Source of the DNA: Prorocentrum cordatum
Taxonomy: Eukaryota
DNA: 64,000 bases
Assembly (NCBI GenBank): GCA_963575745.1
Contig: CAUYUJ010000225.1
Span: forward strand, 1,302,001 to 1,366,000
Reading direction: 5' to 3'
Numbering within the stretch: the stretch's first letter is position 1; each line of letters begins with the position of its first letter. Below the pieces are notes generated by a model. It made no database searches. It saw nothing but the letters and a program-made list of their open reading frames with translations, and was not told the DNA's origin. Below are positions 43,400-56,101 of this stretch, piece after piece. The position numbers and the translations under genes were made by a program.

Positions 43400-44324
43400 G
43401 ACACCCGATCGAGACGCATGCGTTTCCGAGGTGACGTTGGCGCAGCCACGTGCCTCCTATGTGGTGGCGGCGAGGACAGCGTAGAGCACCTGCACGAATG
43501 CCCTGTCGTTCGACCTGCCTACCATACGATTTGCAGGAGCATCGGCGTGATGGACGACTGGCACGAAGCATATGTCTTCTCGAGCTCGCAGCTGCACGGC
43601 ACGCAATTGCAGTCCATCGCCGCTCTTCTTTTCGCTGTGGGCCAGGCCTGTTGGGCGGTGCAGAGAGGTGTCCCTTTTGACGACGAGCGCGACCTCGTAC
43701 AGAATTTCCTGCGCCTGGTGCAGCATCCGCGGATGAGCGGCTCGGAGCGCACTCAGAGCAGACAAGAGCGCCCGGCACGCCGAGCGCGACAGACACCCTC
43801 TCACGAGAACGTGGTCACCGACAGATCCGACGGGGCGCCCAGGGGTCAAGGTCAAGCTGGCGACGGGCTCGTCAGAGGCAGTTACGGCACCGTCCGCCTC
43901 CCGGACGGGGCGCGTCGGCAGACTCTTGCCATCGTGCGATAACGACGTAGCAGAATACGAAAGCATGCTCATCTGCCTCAAGGACGCTCTTCGCTGGCCA
44001 GACACCGCGGTCGCGTTCCGGGTGGGCTCCCTACTATTGACACGTCAGTGCAACATAGAGCGGCGATGCCTGTCGGCATCCCTCATACCTTATTGGGAGC
44101 AAGCTGCAAAGTTGTTACACAGGCTCCGCGATAGAGGCTCGGCGTGCAGCATTCGCCACATCTGCCGAGAAATCCACGCCCTTGCCGACAACATCGCCAA
44201 CGATGTTATCAACCACGACCAATACATCACGGAAACTGGTTCTTGTGGGAGCCGCGACCATGTATATGAACGCCTGGATCTGCGTGACAACATACTCCGC
44301 CGCACCCCCAAAAAGCCGACATAA
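43400..44324 (+). mobile_element. 3' remnant of a non-LTR retrotransposon: CCHC (zf-RVT-like) finger plus RNase HI-like domain, disrupted
   Basis: CLLCGGGEDSVEHLHEC; SDGAPRG...; NDVAEYESMLICL; SLLLTRQ; IRHICREIHALADNIAN; frameshift near 43930. Confidence 0.75.
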
Positions 44325-44895
44325 GTGGCGACAATTACGCAATTAGTAGCCTCTCAGGGAGCCGCGAGGCCTCGCGTGACTGCCGCCTCTGCTGGTCCTC
44401 AGAGGAGCCGACGAAAGCGACAGATGCGCAGAAGGCAGCCTCCCAGGGAGCCGCGAGGTCTCGCCTGCCCACCACCTCCGCTCGACCTCCCAGGAGCCCG
44501 CAATTGCCCCCGCCCCCCCCCCCGGGGAGCCGCGAGGACTCGCCTGCCCACCGACTCCGCTGGAACTCCCACGAGCCCACGAAAGTGACTGCAACTGCGC
44601 AATTAGTAGCCTCTCAGGGAGCCGCGAGGCCTCGCGTGACTGCCGCCTCCGCTGGACCTCCCAGGAGCCCATGGAAGCAGCGACAGATGCGCAGTTGGCA
44701 GCCCCTGCGAGGGGTCGCGAGGTCTCGCCTGCCCACCGCCTCTGCTGGACCGCCCAGGGAGCCCGCAAGTGCCCCCCCTCCCCGGGGAGCCGCGAGGTCT
44801 CGCCTGCCCACCGACTCCGCTGGACCTCCGAGGAGCCCACGAAAGTGGCGAAAGATGCGCAGTTGGCAGCCTTCCAGGGAGCCGCGAGGCCTCGT
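44325..44895. repeat. Tandem repeat with GGGAGCCGCGAGG subunits and a higher period of about 260 bp
   Basis: CAATTAGTAGCCTCTCAGGGAGCCGCGAGG at about 44340 and 44600. Confidence 0.85.
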
Positions 44896-45069
44896 CGTCG
44901 TCGTCGTCCTCCTCCTCCTCCTCCTCCTCCTCCACCTCCACCTCCACCTCCACCTCCACCTCCACCTCCACCTTCACCTCCTCCTCCTCCTCCTCCTCCT
45001 CCTCCTCCTCCTCCTCCTCCTCCTCGAGAAAGAAAACATAGGAGGCAAGGAGGAGGGAGATGGATAGGA

Positions 45070-45600
45070 TCCGTAACCATCTTGGCCCAAGCCGCCCACC
45101 AGCCGTCGAACCCCCATCTTTTGGCCCAAACCAGCTAGGCATGGCGTCTCTGGTGCAGGCAGCGGCAGAGGGCTCCGCTGAGGTTTTAGATGGCGCGGGA
45201 GGGCGATACTAAGATTCGCCCCAGCAGGCGTGGGCCTGCAGCGAGGCGTGGCACGAAGGAGTGGGCATAGGGCCATACCGCGCAGTGTGGCCACCATCTT
45301 CGACAACACAGAATTGGCAGATCGAGTGCTTGCGATTGTACCGCATCCTCAATCTTTATTGCGAGGCGAAGCCCCTTCGCCGTCAGAGACAAGGAGGAGA
45401 ATTGTAGCCCTCCATGCGGATGCTGACGGGTACAGTGTGGCGACAGCCTCAGACGAGCAGGTGAAGAGTTTTCTGGGAGGGCCCAGGCTCGAGACTCGGC
45501 GTGAGGCTCATTGCATCTCGAGGTGCGATTCCGTTGCCCAGAATGGCGCTCCATCCTTCAGGTCAGGTACCCCCGTCTTCCCTGAAGGATGGGTGGCGCC
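45070..45600 (+). pseudogene. Retrocopy with tandem relic dinoflagellate spliced leaders
   Basis: TCCGTAACCATCTTGGCCCAAG (45070-45091) is 19/22 identical to DinoSL; second partial relic 45114-45130; ATG at 45141 then a broken ORF. Confidence 0.65.
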
Positions 45601-46864
45601 AGGCACCTGGTTGGGAGTGCACGGTACATCGACAAAATGTTGCACCACCAGGTGCCCACGACATCGTACGTCGTAGCTCGTGTTCACGTCCCCCCCCTCC
45701 CCCTATCAGAGGAGGAGGAGGAGTAAGAGGAGGAGGGGGAGGAGGTGGAGGAGGAGGAGGAGGAGAGTTGAAGCACGCGTTCCAGGGCCCGCCTGAAGTG
45801 CTGCAACAATGTGTCAACGCAAGGCATGTCGAAACGCCAGAGCAGCGGTGCAGTCTGCTCTGGAGCGCCTTGGCAGAGAGATGTGCTGAGACTGAGCCTG
45901 TCCAAAAGGGCCCAAGACACACAAATAAATACACGGATCCCATGACTCCCCATGTTTTCCTATATTTTCTGGGCTGTCGTCTTCCCCCCATTTCGACGAT
46001 TCATTGTGTTTATGCTTTTTCTCCTCCTGACTGTCCAAGGCCCAACGGGCAAGAAAGGCGCTCGACAGACTTTGGGATGTACTTCGACAGGATGCTTTCT
46101 GCAACAAGCAGTGTCGCAGGAGGAGTCCGTGTACCGGTTGTCTCACTCGTCGTTTGAAGGTTCTGCCAGCGAGACAATGGCAGAGGAGCAGAAAGGTGTA
46201 AGCAGGGAATTCCGAGCAACCACAGAGACTAATGAAATTGGCATGCCAGGTATCTTACGGCCTTTGGATTTTGTACATTGCCAACATAATCAAGCCAGTA
46301 CGAGACGGGTCCTCATAGAGACGCAGTCCACGGGAGAGCAACTAACTATGCAGGCAACGCCCACCAACCTTGTGAGCTCAGGCAGCATGCAGTTAGGTTG
46401 ATTTTCCCAGATTCCTTCTCTTTATTCCTTAGCTGAGCCAAGACGCCGCTTTCGCCGCTCGCGATTTGCAGAGGCTGCGCGGGAACGCGAGAGGGAGAGC
46501 GAGCGTGAGCAAAAGAGGGAGCGTCTCGAAAGACGCCGCCTCAGACGCTTGCGTCTTGCAGACTTTGCGATGGAGAAGGATCAGGTGAATTGCCAGCGAG
46601 AGCGTGCCAGTGGGAGGCAAGAGAAGCCGCCTTAGCCACTTGTGCTTGCAACGCCATCTCCCTTCCATAATGTCATCATTCTTGCCCTTTTCTCCATCCT
46701 TCTATGCATAACTCTCCTCATCCCCCTCATCCCAGGCATTGTGTTGCATCCCTGTCGCGAGAGTTTTCTGGGGGGAGGCGGTGGAATGGCGGAGTGTGTC
46801 GAGCACTATAGTGTGTGCGCGTGCGTGTTGGCGTGGGTGTTTGCAATCGCTCGCGGCTGAAGTA

Positions 46865-47017
46865 AAGGGGTGCCCAGGGAAGACTTGATGGTCTATATCG
46901 AGCCACGATATAGACCATCACGCTTCGATATATCGAGCCTTGATGGTACGTATATATCGAGGCTCGACATATGGTCTATATCGAGCTTCTAAGGTAATGA
47001 TGTCATGGGCACCCCTT
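46865..47017. mobile_element. Small TIR element with an internal hairpin
   Basis: AAGGGGTGCCCA ... TGGGCACCCCTT; perfect 15-bp stem 46886-46920; repeated TATATCGAG. Confidence 0.55.
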
Positions 47018-47395
47018 CCTTTCCCATCCTGCACCGTGGCCTGTCCACCACTGTGTAGCAAACAGGAGTTGGGTCTGGCACGTCGCTCTCTGTCTCCCTT
47101 CCCTGCCCTTCCCCCTTCCTCCTCCTTTCCATGGCACCCTGAGCGCGTGCGGCTTAATTATTTCTGTCTCGCTGATACGTATGAATGCAGCCTAGTCGGT
47201 GAACACGGCTTGCTGTGGGTGGGTGTGTGTGTGTGAGATATGGACGTGAGGAGGGGAGGAGGCAGGGCGGAGGGGAGGAGGGGACGATGAGAATGAAGGG
47301 AAGGGAGGAACGAGGCAGGGGAGGAGAGTGGAATGAGAAGAGGGGGGAGGAGGAAGGGGAGAGGAGGAAAGGAGTCGAGACGAGGTGCAAAAGTC

Positions 47396-47452
47396 CAGGA
47401 GGTTGCCCCACATCAAGAACCAGGTCCGCAATCGCTGCAGGGGCGTCCAATC
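47396..47452 (-). CDS. Channel exon, pre-S3: DWTPLQRLRTWFLMWGNLL
   Basis: AAG|G acceptor, TG|GA donor; 57 nt; forms the N-x-x-D S3 motif (NLL|D) with the next exon. Confidence 0.85.
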
Positions 47453-50400
47453 CTTAGCGACGCGCCCGCCGGGGGCGGAGGCCGACCACTCGGGCATCCC
47501 GCCCCCTCGTCTCCCTGAGCCTGCGAGCTGGAGCAGCCATGATGGGCAAATTTCCACTACAACTACCATATGTAGGACGGAGGAGGAGGAGGAGGAGGAG
47601 GAGGAGGAGGAGGAGAAGGAGGAGGAGGAGGAGGAGGAGGAGGAGGACCTCCTCATCCTCCTGTATCCTTCGTCCTACATATGGTAGTGGTGGTGGAACA
47701 GTTGCCCCTCTAACCAGGAGTGACCACTGGGGGCCACGTCCCAAGACCCAGGCGAGCCTCGGCCGGGCAGAACGAGAAGGGGCCGACCTCCCCTTGCAGT
47801 GAAGCCCTGGCCGCCGCAGGGGCCCCTCGTGGGCACGGGCGGCGACCTCGGGAAACACGAGTCGGATTCTGCTGTCCTCTCTGGGGCCTGGCAGGAGGGC
47901 ACTGCTTGGCAAGATGCTATGGCCTACACGTCGGACGCGCTTCAAGCTTGGGGTCTGGATGTCAGACTGCGTCCCTCCTCATCCCCCTCCTCGGACTTCC
48001 TGCCTCCACCTCCTCCTGTTCCTCCTTTTCCTGCTCCTAAGGTCGGGGTACCCCTTTTATCTCCCTCAAACTGGACGTCTCTCGCGGCTCCAGTCTGGAG
48101 GCGAAAGCTTGCATCTGAAGCTGATACAGCCGAAGTAAGGTCAAACGAACGTCTGTCAAGAACACGAGCCCCTTCGACGCGAGCCCGAGTTCCCATCTAG
48201 ATACCCTAAACGAGGCCCATGCCAAGGTGACACACGAAGAACGTAGGGGCATCCCTCCAATGCAAGGGTTGTTCTCAAACCTCGTGCCAGCTGTAAGGTT
48301 GCCAGAAGCGACGTCCTGGCCAAGAACCGTGCACGGCTCGTGCCCCAAAGGGTCACTTTAGGGCACCATGGGGTGCACGAGGGATGCACCTTTCCTTTCT
48401 CTCTCTCACACACCGTCATCGCCCCCCCCATTGCGCAACGCAACGCCCGAGCGGTGGGGCGGGGCCTGGCCTGACTCCGGGTGCGCCGCACTCGAAATTG
48501 TGTCGGGAACGCACCCCAACCCTACGAAAAAATGAGGCGGTGTTCTCCTCCCCAAAGAGGTCCGCCACCGTGCCTCTGGCAGGGTTGCTCTTAAACCTCG
48601 TGCCAGCTGTATTCTACAAACAACGCCCCGTCCCCACCGCTCCCCCCCCCGGGGGGCACGGGTGGAAGGAGGGGCGGCTCCGGCAAGTCCATGCGGGGGG
48701 CCAGCCAGCGGGACTGACTGGGCAGAGGTGAGGGCATAGAGATGCTACGCGTGAGCGACGATCAAAAACGGATCTTACGCGAGATGGCGCGGCGACCTTG
48801 CGCGGCGGCTTCCGCGGGCCGCACGCGCGGGATGCTGCATTGGAGACGAAGGCGCTTACGCGCGACCTTACGCGGGCGGCTTACGCGCGAACGTCGGCTG
48901 CTAACACCAGCCTCGACCTTATCCCCATCCGTGCGATCGGCAGGCCCAGGGCGATGACAATCTCAGGGATGTGCCCTCAGAAGCCACGGGGATCCCTAAA
49001 ATCGCAATCGAAAAAAGGCGAAGCCAAGCGTAGGGATATGGGACATGTTTCGAGCTGGTAGGCTGCCCCGTCCCCCCGAGCGCATATTTTCATTTTGCAT
49101 CCTGCCCTCCTGAACATTGAACACGCCAAGGCCGATGTTAAACCTGTACCGCGCTTAGTTTTGTGATTGCGTTTGGGACTCCAATTATTCGTCACCCCAA
49201 TACAGGCACCGGAAACAGATAGCGAACACGCATGCCACATTCATCGGTCAACGTCTCCCCCCCCCGATGCTCAACGTTGGTGGTGGGTCTGACCAGCTCC
49301 ACCTCGACCGCAGTCTCCTCCGCGCGTGCCAACTTTGAGCTTGGGGGAGAGGGGGAGTGTCCACGAATTGTTTCCCTCTTCCGCACGGATGTCAACCGAA
49401 TGCTCGCTGCATCGAAATGCTGCATTGCACAACGCAAGGACGTGACCACACACAATTTGGCGACACATCTGTTACGGAATCACCTGTGTTGCTTAAGTGA
49501 TGAGTGCTGGTTGGGCGACCGAGGGGCACGCTTCTGCAATAGGGGAGAACAACTGTGAGTCAAGCTGGAGCCAGCGCGAGCTGGCGTTGCATGTTTTGGT
49601 TGCGTTCGCGCGCCATTCAGCCCACGACTTGCGTCGTTTAGAACTCTGAGCATGTGGTGAACGTGTTGCAAATCATGTTGCCTTTGTGGTCTGTCACGAG
49701 CTCAGAACCCCATCCGCTAAAACAGTGTAAGTCGAATGATGCGGTGGCACGTAACACCTAAATAACGTTACTATTCTAGCGCAATGGAAACATCAAACCC
49801 GGATGCTGACTGTCCAGTGTCTCCGAAACCTGCGCTTCCTTTTGTCACACCCTGGTTCGACTCAGATATGATTCGAACGTCTCATTGAAAGACACAACGC
49901 TGAGATTATGAGCGTACGCAGCACGCGGGACACTGTGAAGCCGATGCACGATATGGCAGCCGCAGCAATCGACTCTGTGACGGGCCACCGACTAAGCAGG
50001 GGGGATAGAGGGCTCCCACACCCAGAGCAAGGAGGTGGGCGCAGGAGAATGAGGAAGAGTGGGCATAATGATCATAGTAGGGGGATGGCGAAGCCTTTCG
50101 TCTAGGGACGCGGATGCTTCACTCATCAGGGACAGAACCAGCATTGCCAATGCCTACTATGCTGGCGTTGGTCCGCAGGCGGCCTTGCCCGGCTTCGTCG
50201 GCGCCAACTGTGCCGTTGAGCCTCGGGGGGTCACGTCCCTGCGGGGCCGAGTGCGTGCCTGCCTTCCCGTGGCAGGGCACCGTACAGGGCGCGTTGCGTC
50301 GCCGGTCGGCGCACAGGACACAATGCTTCGCACTTGCCTGCCGTTTCGTGGCAGGGCGCCACACAAGGCGCACTCCGACCTTCCCCTCCAAAGCACTTCC

Positions 50401-51352
50401 TCCTTCTCCGCCAACCCCATCCCCCCCATCGAGGAAATGGGGACGATCGGCGGAGATGCACATGTACTCACACGCGTTGTCGGCCGACTTTGGCCGAGCA
50501 GGGAACGGTCTACCGCGACTGTGCGCCTGGCTCGCTCGAGGGATGGGTGGCTGCAAGAGAGGAGCTGCTGCGAGAACTGATCTGCTCACGTCTCCTCGTG
50601 GCGAGCCCTCGACCCAAAACTAATATGCTGGCGTCTTCTCATGGCGAGCTCTCGACACCGTCTCAAAGGAGCGAGGAGCCCTCCTATCCCTCCCTCCCCC
50701 CTCCGTGGCCAATTTGTTCATTGCGCTTTCTACGGCTCAGCCACTGCTCAAGGGAAATATGTGGGCAATTTTGCTTGCAGGTGGCCGAGTTCATCGCGCG
50801 GCCACCATGGCTCGCGGGGCGGCGCTTTTTGTTCCACCTCCTCTAGCCAAACAATTGGGCACCCGAAGCTTTCTTCGCGTCCTCCTGGCGCCCACCCGTG
50901 GCGGAGACATCATGAAAGGGGAGGGGCCCACTTAGCCATAGCAGAGGAGAAGGCCAAGAGGTACTGCCAATCTCGCGAGCACACCCTGGCCAGGTCGGCG
51001 GCTTCCTTACGTGCCTGGAGTGGGGGCTAGGCCGAAAAAGCACCTTGCTCTGCGGCCGCGTCTGCAAGCCTGCTGGCCTGCCAACGGGTGTGGTCGTAGC
51101 CATGGGCAGTAAGCACCATCAAACTCAAGTGAGACTGCCTATGATGAACGGAAATGGGCCGCTTGCCCAGAGCAGTAATCTCCCAAGACCTGCCATGTTT
51201 CTGTGTCGCTGCATGGGGAAAGCTCGGATGCCTTGAGCGACTGCCACATTCCTCTTCGTCCTCCTCCTCCTCCTCCAGCTCCTGCTCCTGCTCCTGCTGC
51301 TCCTCCTCCTCCTCTTCCTCCTCCTCCTCCTCCTCCTCCTCCTCCTCCTCCA

Positions 51353-51390
<38 letters not shown>

Positions 51391-52473
51391 GCATCATCAG
51401 CAGCAGCAGCATCATCATCAGCATCATCAGCATAATCGGCATCATCATCAGCATCATCAGCATCACCATCAGCAGCATCATCATCATCATCATCATCATC
51501 AGCAACAACATTTTCATCAGCAGCATAATCATAATCATAATCATATCCATAATCATCATCATCATCAGCAGCAGCAGCATGACATCATCATCATCAACAT
51601 CAGCTTCAGCACCATCGTCATCATCATCACCATCATCAGCATCATCATCACTATCACCAGCGTCATCGTCAACATCATCATCCCCATCCTCATCATCAGC
51701 AGCAACATCAACATCAACAACAACATCATCAGTATTGTCGTCTCCTCCGGAGCTAAGGAGATAACCACATCTTGAACATGCTCATGTAAGATGGATGTGA
51801 GCGAGAACCAAATTTTGAAGTCGACTAATATTCCGTCCGTGACACTCCTGCACGTGTTTCAGACGGACGTGCGCGTCGCTAAAACGAGAACAACATTTTG
51901 AAAACCACCTCCCCTGCGTCCGTGAAACTCTTGCACTTTGTCAGACGGATGAGCGCGGTGTTGAGGCGAGAGTCACAGTTTGAAAGCAAGCCGCCCACCA
52001 TTCGCGAAGCTGTTGCGAAGTTTGAGCTTCAAGAACATAAGTGGTCAGGAAATCTTGGACGAAACGCCCAACCTGCCCTTCCGACTGGCCTCGGGGTGCG
52101 ACATGGAGGCGTTACTTATATGGAAAAGGAATGGAGGAGGAGGCAAAGGAGGAGGAGGAGGAGGAGGAGGAGGAGGAGGAGGAGAAGGAGACGAGAGGAG
52201 GAGGAGAGGAGGAGGAGGAGGACGACGACGATGAGGAGAGGGAGGAGAAGAAGGAGCAGCAGGAGGAGGAGGACGAGGAGGGGGAGGGGAAGGGGGAGGG
52301 GGAGAGGGAGGGAAGAAGGAGGGAGGAGGGATGGAGGAAGGAGGGGGAGGATGAGGAGGAAAAGGGGGAAGGAGGAGGAGGGCGAGGAGGAGGAGGAGGA
52401 GGAGGAGGAGGAGGAGGAGGAGGAGGAGGAGGCTCCGCGAGGTGAGGGGGCGGGCGGACGCTGGGGCCCCCGC

Positions 52474-52533
52474 CGCGGCCAGCGGCGCGTTGGCGTCGCT
52501 CTTCTCGGGCACCACGGCCTCCAGGAGGCGGTC
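52474..52533 (-). CDS. Channel exon, S2-S3 loop: DRLLEAVVPEKSDANAPLAA
   Basis: AAG|G acceptor, GC donor (position ambiguous by one codon); GC3-rich codons in a unique island flanked by (GGA)n. Confidence 0.7.
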
Positions 52534-52870
52534 CTTTGGAGGGGCCCTGGAACTGGAGAGGAGGTTGGCGGCGCGCAGAGGCGGGCAGGGGGAGGGGGGA
52601 GGGCTTCGCAGAAGCACCATGCTTTTCAGAAGGCGCGGGCCTGATCTGTAGACGCGAGGCCCGCGCCTTCAGGGATGCAAGGGGAGGGCCCCTGCATCCC
52701 TGCGCGCGCCGCCAATGGAAGAGGCTCCGGTCGGGTTGCTTCATGGGGAGCGATACAGGGAGGGGGGGCGAGAAACGCGTGTACCTTTCGTGCCTCTCTT
52801 GGGCTCTGGGGGGCCACGGTAGGGCCCCTTTGGGGCACCAGGTGCAGCTGTCTTCACCCCCCCCCATCTA

Positions 52871-53037
52871 CAGTGGGGGTCGATCCACAATAAACCGTCC
52901 ACAAGAAACCCAACCCTGAGACCCCAGGACGTCTATGGATTTTTGGCGTGGGAACGTCACGCTTTCCATCGCAAAACCATCGAAACCCAGGGCGCCCTGG
53001 AGGCAAGGAGGGTGTTTCTTGGCATGGGCCTCCACTC
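52871..53037. mobile_element. Tc1/mariner-type MITE, copy 2
   Basis: TA|CAGTGG start; colinear with the reverse complement of 58081-58256. Confidence 0.7.
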
Positions 53038-53896
53038 CATCGCCCACCCCCCGTTACGCAACGCCCGATCGGAAGCGAGGCGTCATATTCCGGGAGCGCC
53101 CACGGGCGCCCGCAATGCGGGCAGGAAAGGAAGAGGAGGGGTGAGCACCCGGACCGTTCGGACACTCGGAGCTGCACTCCACATGCAAGTCGGCAGTGTC
53201 GGAGGGCGAGGCCGATGCCGTGGTATCGCTCGGGCAGGTGCCCGGCGGAGGGGGAGGGGTACTGCCCGGGTGCCGCAGAAGGTTGCCAAAGAACTGAAGC
53301 CAACGATGACATAAGCGGAGAGGGGACTGTGGAGCGGAAGCTCTGGTGCGTGGGGCCCCAACCACCTGAGAAACGTGTGTGGGCTGGAGATCAGTCCTCC
53401 GACGAGCAGGCCACATTCGCGAAGCGCGCGCCAGCGTCAGTCGATAAGTCTGAGAGTCAGGGTGCTATGGATTGCTTGCCTCATCTGAATGTTCATGTTC
53501 CAACACCCTACCAGGACAGCTCCAGCTCCCTGTCAGGACCCAACGGGAGGCCCACGGGGCTCCACATTGCCCCATACTGCCAAGACCACGTGACTGACAG
53601 CCGGCTTGTCGGAGCGCACTTGGCAGCGGTGCGACCGAAACATCTTGGTCGACTGCAAGGTGCAAAGAGGCTGAGATACGAGAACGGCGCCCATCCTCCG
53701 TACCATGTCTAGACTCCGTTCAGGCCTCGCTCCGGCGCGGTAGGGTGCATAGTTTTCTGCTCTGCGGGCCGAAGAACTATACTCCGCACCAGTCCTGGGT
53801 CGACTATTGGCGACGCCTCGGGAGACGCCAACGCGGTGCGGTGCAGACAAACCGTCGGCGGATGAGAAACACCAACGAGCGCGGTCATGGGATATA

Positions 53897-54095
53897 CATC
53901 CCTCGTCGGAATTGAACGCAAGTTTAGTCGCGACCTGGCGGCGCCCCCCGACCCCCAATTTCAACGTTCACGCCGACGCCGGCGACTTCGAGATTTTCTT
54001 CAGACCCCGCTGGCCGCGATGCGCCTGTCTATGAACCTTGGAGTTCGGGGGCGACGGGGGTGGGAAAAACTTGCGTTCAATTTCGACGAGGGTTG
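53897..54095. mobile_element. MITE of about 200 bp with about 29-bp TIRs, copy 1
   Basis: CATCCCTCGTCGGAATTGAACGCAAGTTT ... AAACTTGCGTTCAATTTCGACGAGGGTTG. Confidence 0.8.
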
Positions 54096-54536
54096 AAGGG
54101 CCGGGGGACGGGTGCAGAGCAGGGAGGGAGAGGACGACGACGGCCCCGCGGGTCATTCCCGCGCGGGGCGCGCCTTGCGCGGCTCGGACTGGCCCCGACC
54201 AAGGACTCGGCCGACGGGCGAGCGTTTGAATACTCTTCAAGGGGAGGGAGACAGGAGGAGACGAGCGACGCCAGCTCTCGGCCGACATCATGTTTTACCC
54301 TGTCGCCGGTAGTTCCTTGACTTGCGTGCTTGATCTGCGCAGGGCTGGTCGGACGCGGGCAGAAGTGGCCTCAGCAATGCTCTACTGGGGTCGCCCTGGG
54401 CTCATCTGGGTCGACGATATCAGCCAGGCGAGCAGTGCGCCAGTTGCGCCAGGTGCGAAAAGTGCGCCGCGCAGGCCCTCCGAGGCGCCAGGGGGGAGGG
54501 TTCCGCGCGGGCGAGCGTCAGTGCCTTCTGGGGCTT

Positions 54537-54729
54537 TCCCATAGGCCAACTAGAGGCTAATTAGAGGCTATTCCATAGGCGATATGTATTTTTCCATAGG
54601 CCATTCCTTTTTCGCGATTTAGAAGAATTTAAGGTGTAACTCTTTTGAATCGTGAAAAGGGAATAGCCTATGGAAAATACATATCGCCTATGGAATAGCC
54701 TCTAATTGGCCTCTAATTAGCCTATGGGA
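54537..54729. mobile_element. AT-rich foldback element (about 80-bp inverted arms)
   Basis: TCCCATAGG..CGCGATT (54537-54619) pairs with AATCGTG..CCTATGGGA (54648-54729). Confidence 0.7.
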
Positions 54730-55228
54730 GATAATGCTACGTGGGCAGGGATATCCCAGACCAGCCCAGATAGCCAGAGAAAGGAACAGGGCTCCAGAGC
54801 GGCATTTGGGCTCTCTAGGAAACTCGAGGAGCCCTGCTGGTACTTGACCTTCATGGCCAGCTTCTGAACGCGCTTCGGGCTGAGCTTCGGGGCCATGTCC
54901 TGCGGGCGGGCCCGCGGGCGAGCGCGATGCGCATGGGAGCCGCGCGGCCGCGGATCTGCGAGCCAGAGTGAGCAACCACGGTAGGGCAGGAAATATCCGG
55001 GCGGATCGGCAAGGCGGGTCACGCCACCAAGCGAGCCCCCCCCCACCACCACCCCAACCCCGCACCCCACCCCACCCACCCCACCCACCTACCACACACA
55101 GACACACACACACACACAGACACACACACACAAACACACACACACAAACACACACACACACACAGACACACACAGACACACACAAACACACACAGACACA
55201 CACACACACGTCGCAAGAAAAATGTGAA

Positions 55229-55428
55229 CATCCCTCGTCGGAATTGAACGCAAGTTTTAGTCGCGACCTGGCGGCGCCCCCCGACCCCCAATTTCAATGT
55301 TCACGCCGACGCCGGCGACTTCGAGATTTTCTTCAGACCCCGCCGGCCGCGATGTGCCTGTCGATGAACATTGAAATTCGGGGGCGACGGGGGTGGAAAA
55401 AACTTGCGTTCAATTTCGACGAGGGTTG
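55229..55428. mobile_element. Same MITE, copy 2 (direct orientation)
   Basis: Near-identical to 53897-54095. Confidence 0.8.
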
Positions 55429-56065
55429 TAGTTCTCTGAAGTGGGGGGAAGGAGGAGGGATGGAGGAAGGCTGAACGGCACTGACGAGCGCAGAAATTTG
55501 GTAAATCCAACGCGAAATGCTCGCAAGAAGCCATCGGCCAACTACAGAGACTTGTGAAACCTTCAAAGGGGACTGAACGCCCACCCGTGGCATCCAATGA
55601 TTTTCTATCAGACCACCCTTCAGGCAATAAGGAGGTTCAACGGAATGCGTGCAACTTTCGGTATGCGATGGCCTCACGCCGAATGGCTCTACCCATCTAG
55701 CTGACGGTCTGACTGATGACATGTGCGTAGATCTAGAGCTATGAGAAGCGTTACCTGAGTGTCGAAGCAAGTACCGAAGGGTTAACCAACGCTTAGTCAA
55801 CGACAGGAGCGAGCGGTAAAGGGAAGGGAGAATAGGGAGCTTGAAGACGATAGCAACGACGAGGACAGGGGAAGCGGGAGGAGGAGGAGGAGGAGGAGGA
55901 GGAGGAGGAGCCACAGGAGGAGGAGGAGGGGGAGGAGGAGCCACAGGAGGAGGAGGGGCAGCATGAGAAAGATTAGGTGGCGGAGGCGAGGCGAAAGCGG
56001 AGGAGGCAGGGAGAGGGCACGAGCAATGACTCGCCTGCCCTCCGCTGCTGGATCCCTCTCCGGTC

Positions 56066-56101
56066 CTCATCGAAGAGCTCGTGCCTGCTGAAGAGGCTCG
56101 C
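56066..56101 (-). CDS. Channel exon, S2-S3 loop: ASLFSRHELFDE
   Basis: GAG|G acceptor, AG|GA donor; 36 nt; junction microhomology with both neighbouring exons (GCAAGC/GCGAGC; GACCGG/GACCGC). Confidence 0.75.

Noticed and set aside
50059..50846. Overlapping 150-170 aa ORFs (also 52948-53712, 25457-25843)
   Set aside because: No recognisable motif; expected by chance at this GC content
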